A stretch of DNA of 63,314 bases, counting the filler, from Octopus bimaculoides (taxonomy: Eukaryota), in the NCBI RefSeq assembly GCF_001194135.2. It is 5 parts of 5 records of this genome, joined end to end, with 100 filler letters (N's around TTAATTAATTAA, not from the genome) between each part and the next. Parts side by side here need not be neighbours in the genome. Positions count along the whole stretch, not along the records: positions 59,000 to 63,314 come from NC_068983.1; 4 more parts are not named here. One strand, written 5' to 3'. Below, one piece after another: positions 62,078 to 63,314 of this stretch. The position numbers and the translations under genes are program-made. The notes below the pieces were generated by a model. That model worked only from the letters and a program-made list of their open reading frames with translations. It did not search any database and was not told where the DNA came from. The stretch's first letter is position 1, and each line of letters begins with the position of its first letter.

Positions 62078-62380
62078 GTACTCCCGATACGTGGACGATA
62101 TCAACAGAGTAGCCAAAGCACCCCTACAGAACAATGTTAATGATCTAGAAGCCAACACTATGGAGAGCATCCAGCAAATAGCTAACTCCATCCACCAGAG
62201 TATAGAAATAGCGATAAACTACCCTAGTAAGCACCCTAACTATAGACTACTCGTTTTAGACACTGAACTCTGGCTAGAAACGAAGAACGGTAAGGTCCAG
62301 ATCCTTCACTTTCGTTATGCTAAACCCATGGCCTCTAAGTACCTTGTTCACAAGAACGCAGCGATTGTGGACAACTGGAA
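62078..62380 (+). mobile_element. Second PLE RT fragment (motif C to thumb), diverged paralog of 59800-60100
   Basis: RYVDDINRVAKAPLQNNVNDLEANTMESIQQIANSIHQSIEIAINYPSKHPNYRLLVLDTELWLETKNGKVQILHFRYAKPMASKYLVHKNAAIVDN. Confidence 0.85.
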
Positions 62381-63314
62381 AGATACATACAACACTTCAT
62401 CTACCGCATGCAGTTCTCTTGCTACAACCAAAGAGATAGGATTAGACAGACTACAGAGGCTACACACATAGAAGTAGACAGGCCGAACCTCAATAGAAAA
62501 CACGAATGGAACAGTAACACCCACCACAACACCACACCACATGACTAAAGACAGAAGGGATGAGAAGAGAGAGGGAAAAATCGTATTAATACACAGAAAC
62601 ATACAGGGTAATACACACAATAGACATATATGCACTTACCTATTATACTTATGAGAAATAGAGATAGATGTATAAATATAAACAAATATATAAATATATT
62701 CGTCATATACCTGGGATAAATATAAGATATAGAGATAGATAAATTAAATAAATAAATCTACATAAAGGGCATGGATACATATAACATACGAAGTGAACCC
62801 TTACACACACAAACACACACACAAGAAATTTCACAGACGGCCACAACAATGTCAACAACATGATTAACCACGACAGCAGCAGCAGCGGTGACAACGATGG
62901 TAATAACAACTACCACGATGGCAACACCGTGGGCGAATAGACATACACAGAAGAATACAGCAACTGTACCATATTTTCGGGTCTTAGGATAGCAGCAGCA
63001 CAATGAGGTGAGAGGATGGGGTTGCTGAGGGTAAGGCCACACTGCTGCTAAAAACTATCACACACACACACACATACACACACACGCACACACACACACA
63101 AGGACATAAACGTATGTGCACATAAGGATACACACTTTAGAAGAACAGAATGGATTGAGTGGAGCAAGATCACACACGAAAACGAAAAGTGTCGCTGAAG
63201 CGGTCACAGATGTGTGATGAAAGATTTCCGGACAATGGATATGAATTAAGATAATAAAATAGAAACAGTAATAAACGAGGGGAGAAAAATATATAGTGTG
63301 TGTGTTTATTTCGC

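Noticed and set aside
665-63314. Dozens of ORFs made of YIYI, HTHT, CVCV, LSLS, poly-L/N/Y/S
   Set aside because: Translations of di- and trinucleotide microsatellites; no splice or homology support.

Overview
Repeat-saturated, gap-rich animal genomic DNA. The SINE families, RTE LINEs and extreme (AT)/(AC)/(AG)/trinucleotide microsatellite load look like an octopus genome; this is an inference, not a database match. Four identical 100-bp spacers (N44-TTAATTAATTAA-N44) show that the window is five joined scaffolds: 1-17222, 17323-29678, 29779-53892, 53993-58899 and 59000-63314. No host protein-coding gene can be named; nearly all supplied ORFs are microsatellite, gap or retroelement artefacts. 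Recognisable content: young and old RTE LINE fragments; three Penelope-like (PLE) GIY-YIG remnants, each followed by a hammerhead-ribozyme-like motif; two fragments of a PLE reverse transcriptase with a long insertion between motifs A and B', plus an inverted hammerhead-like motif upstream; five R4/Dong-like (restriction-like endonuclease) 3' ends tied to (TAA)n/(TGA)n; an L1/Tx1-like 3' end; many tRNA-derived SINEs of several families; and mariner-, hAT- and 9-bp-TSD MITEs. Best second-look items: the PLE hammerheads, the unusual PLE RT, a sharp CpG-decay boundary that may record gene-body methylation, SINE tail swapping between LINE partners, a 76-bp target-site-like duplication, a MITE with central (TTAGGG)3, and a candidate X-box/CRE/TATA promoter with weak downstream exon candidates. 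Family labels A-F are my own working names.
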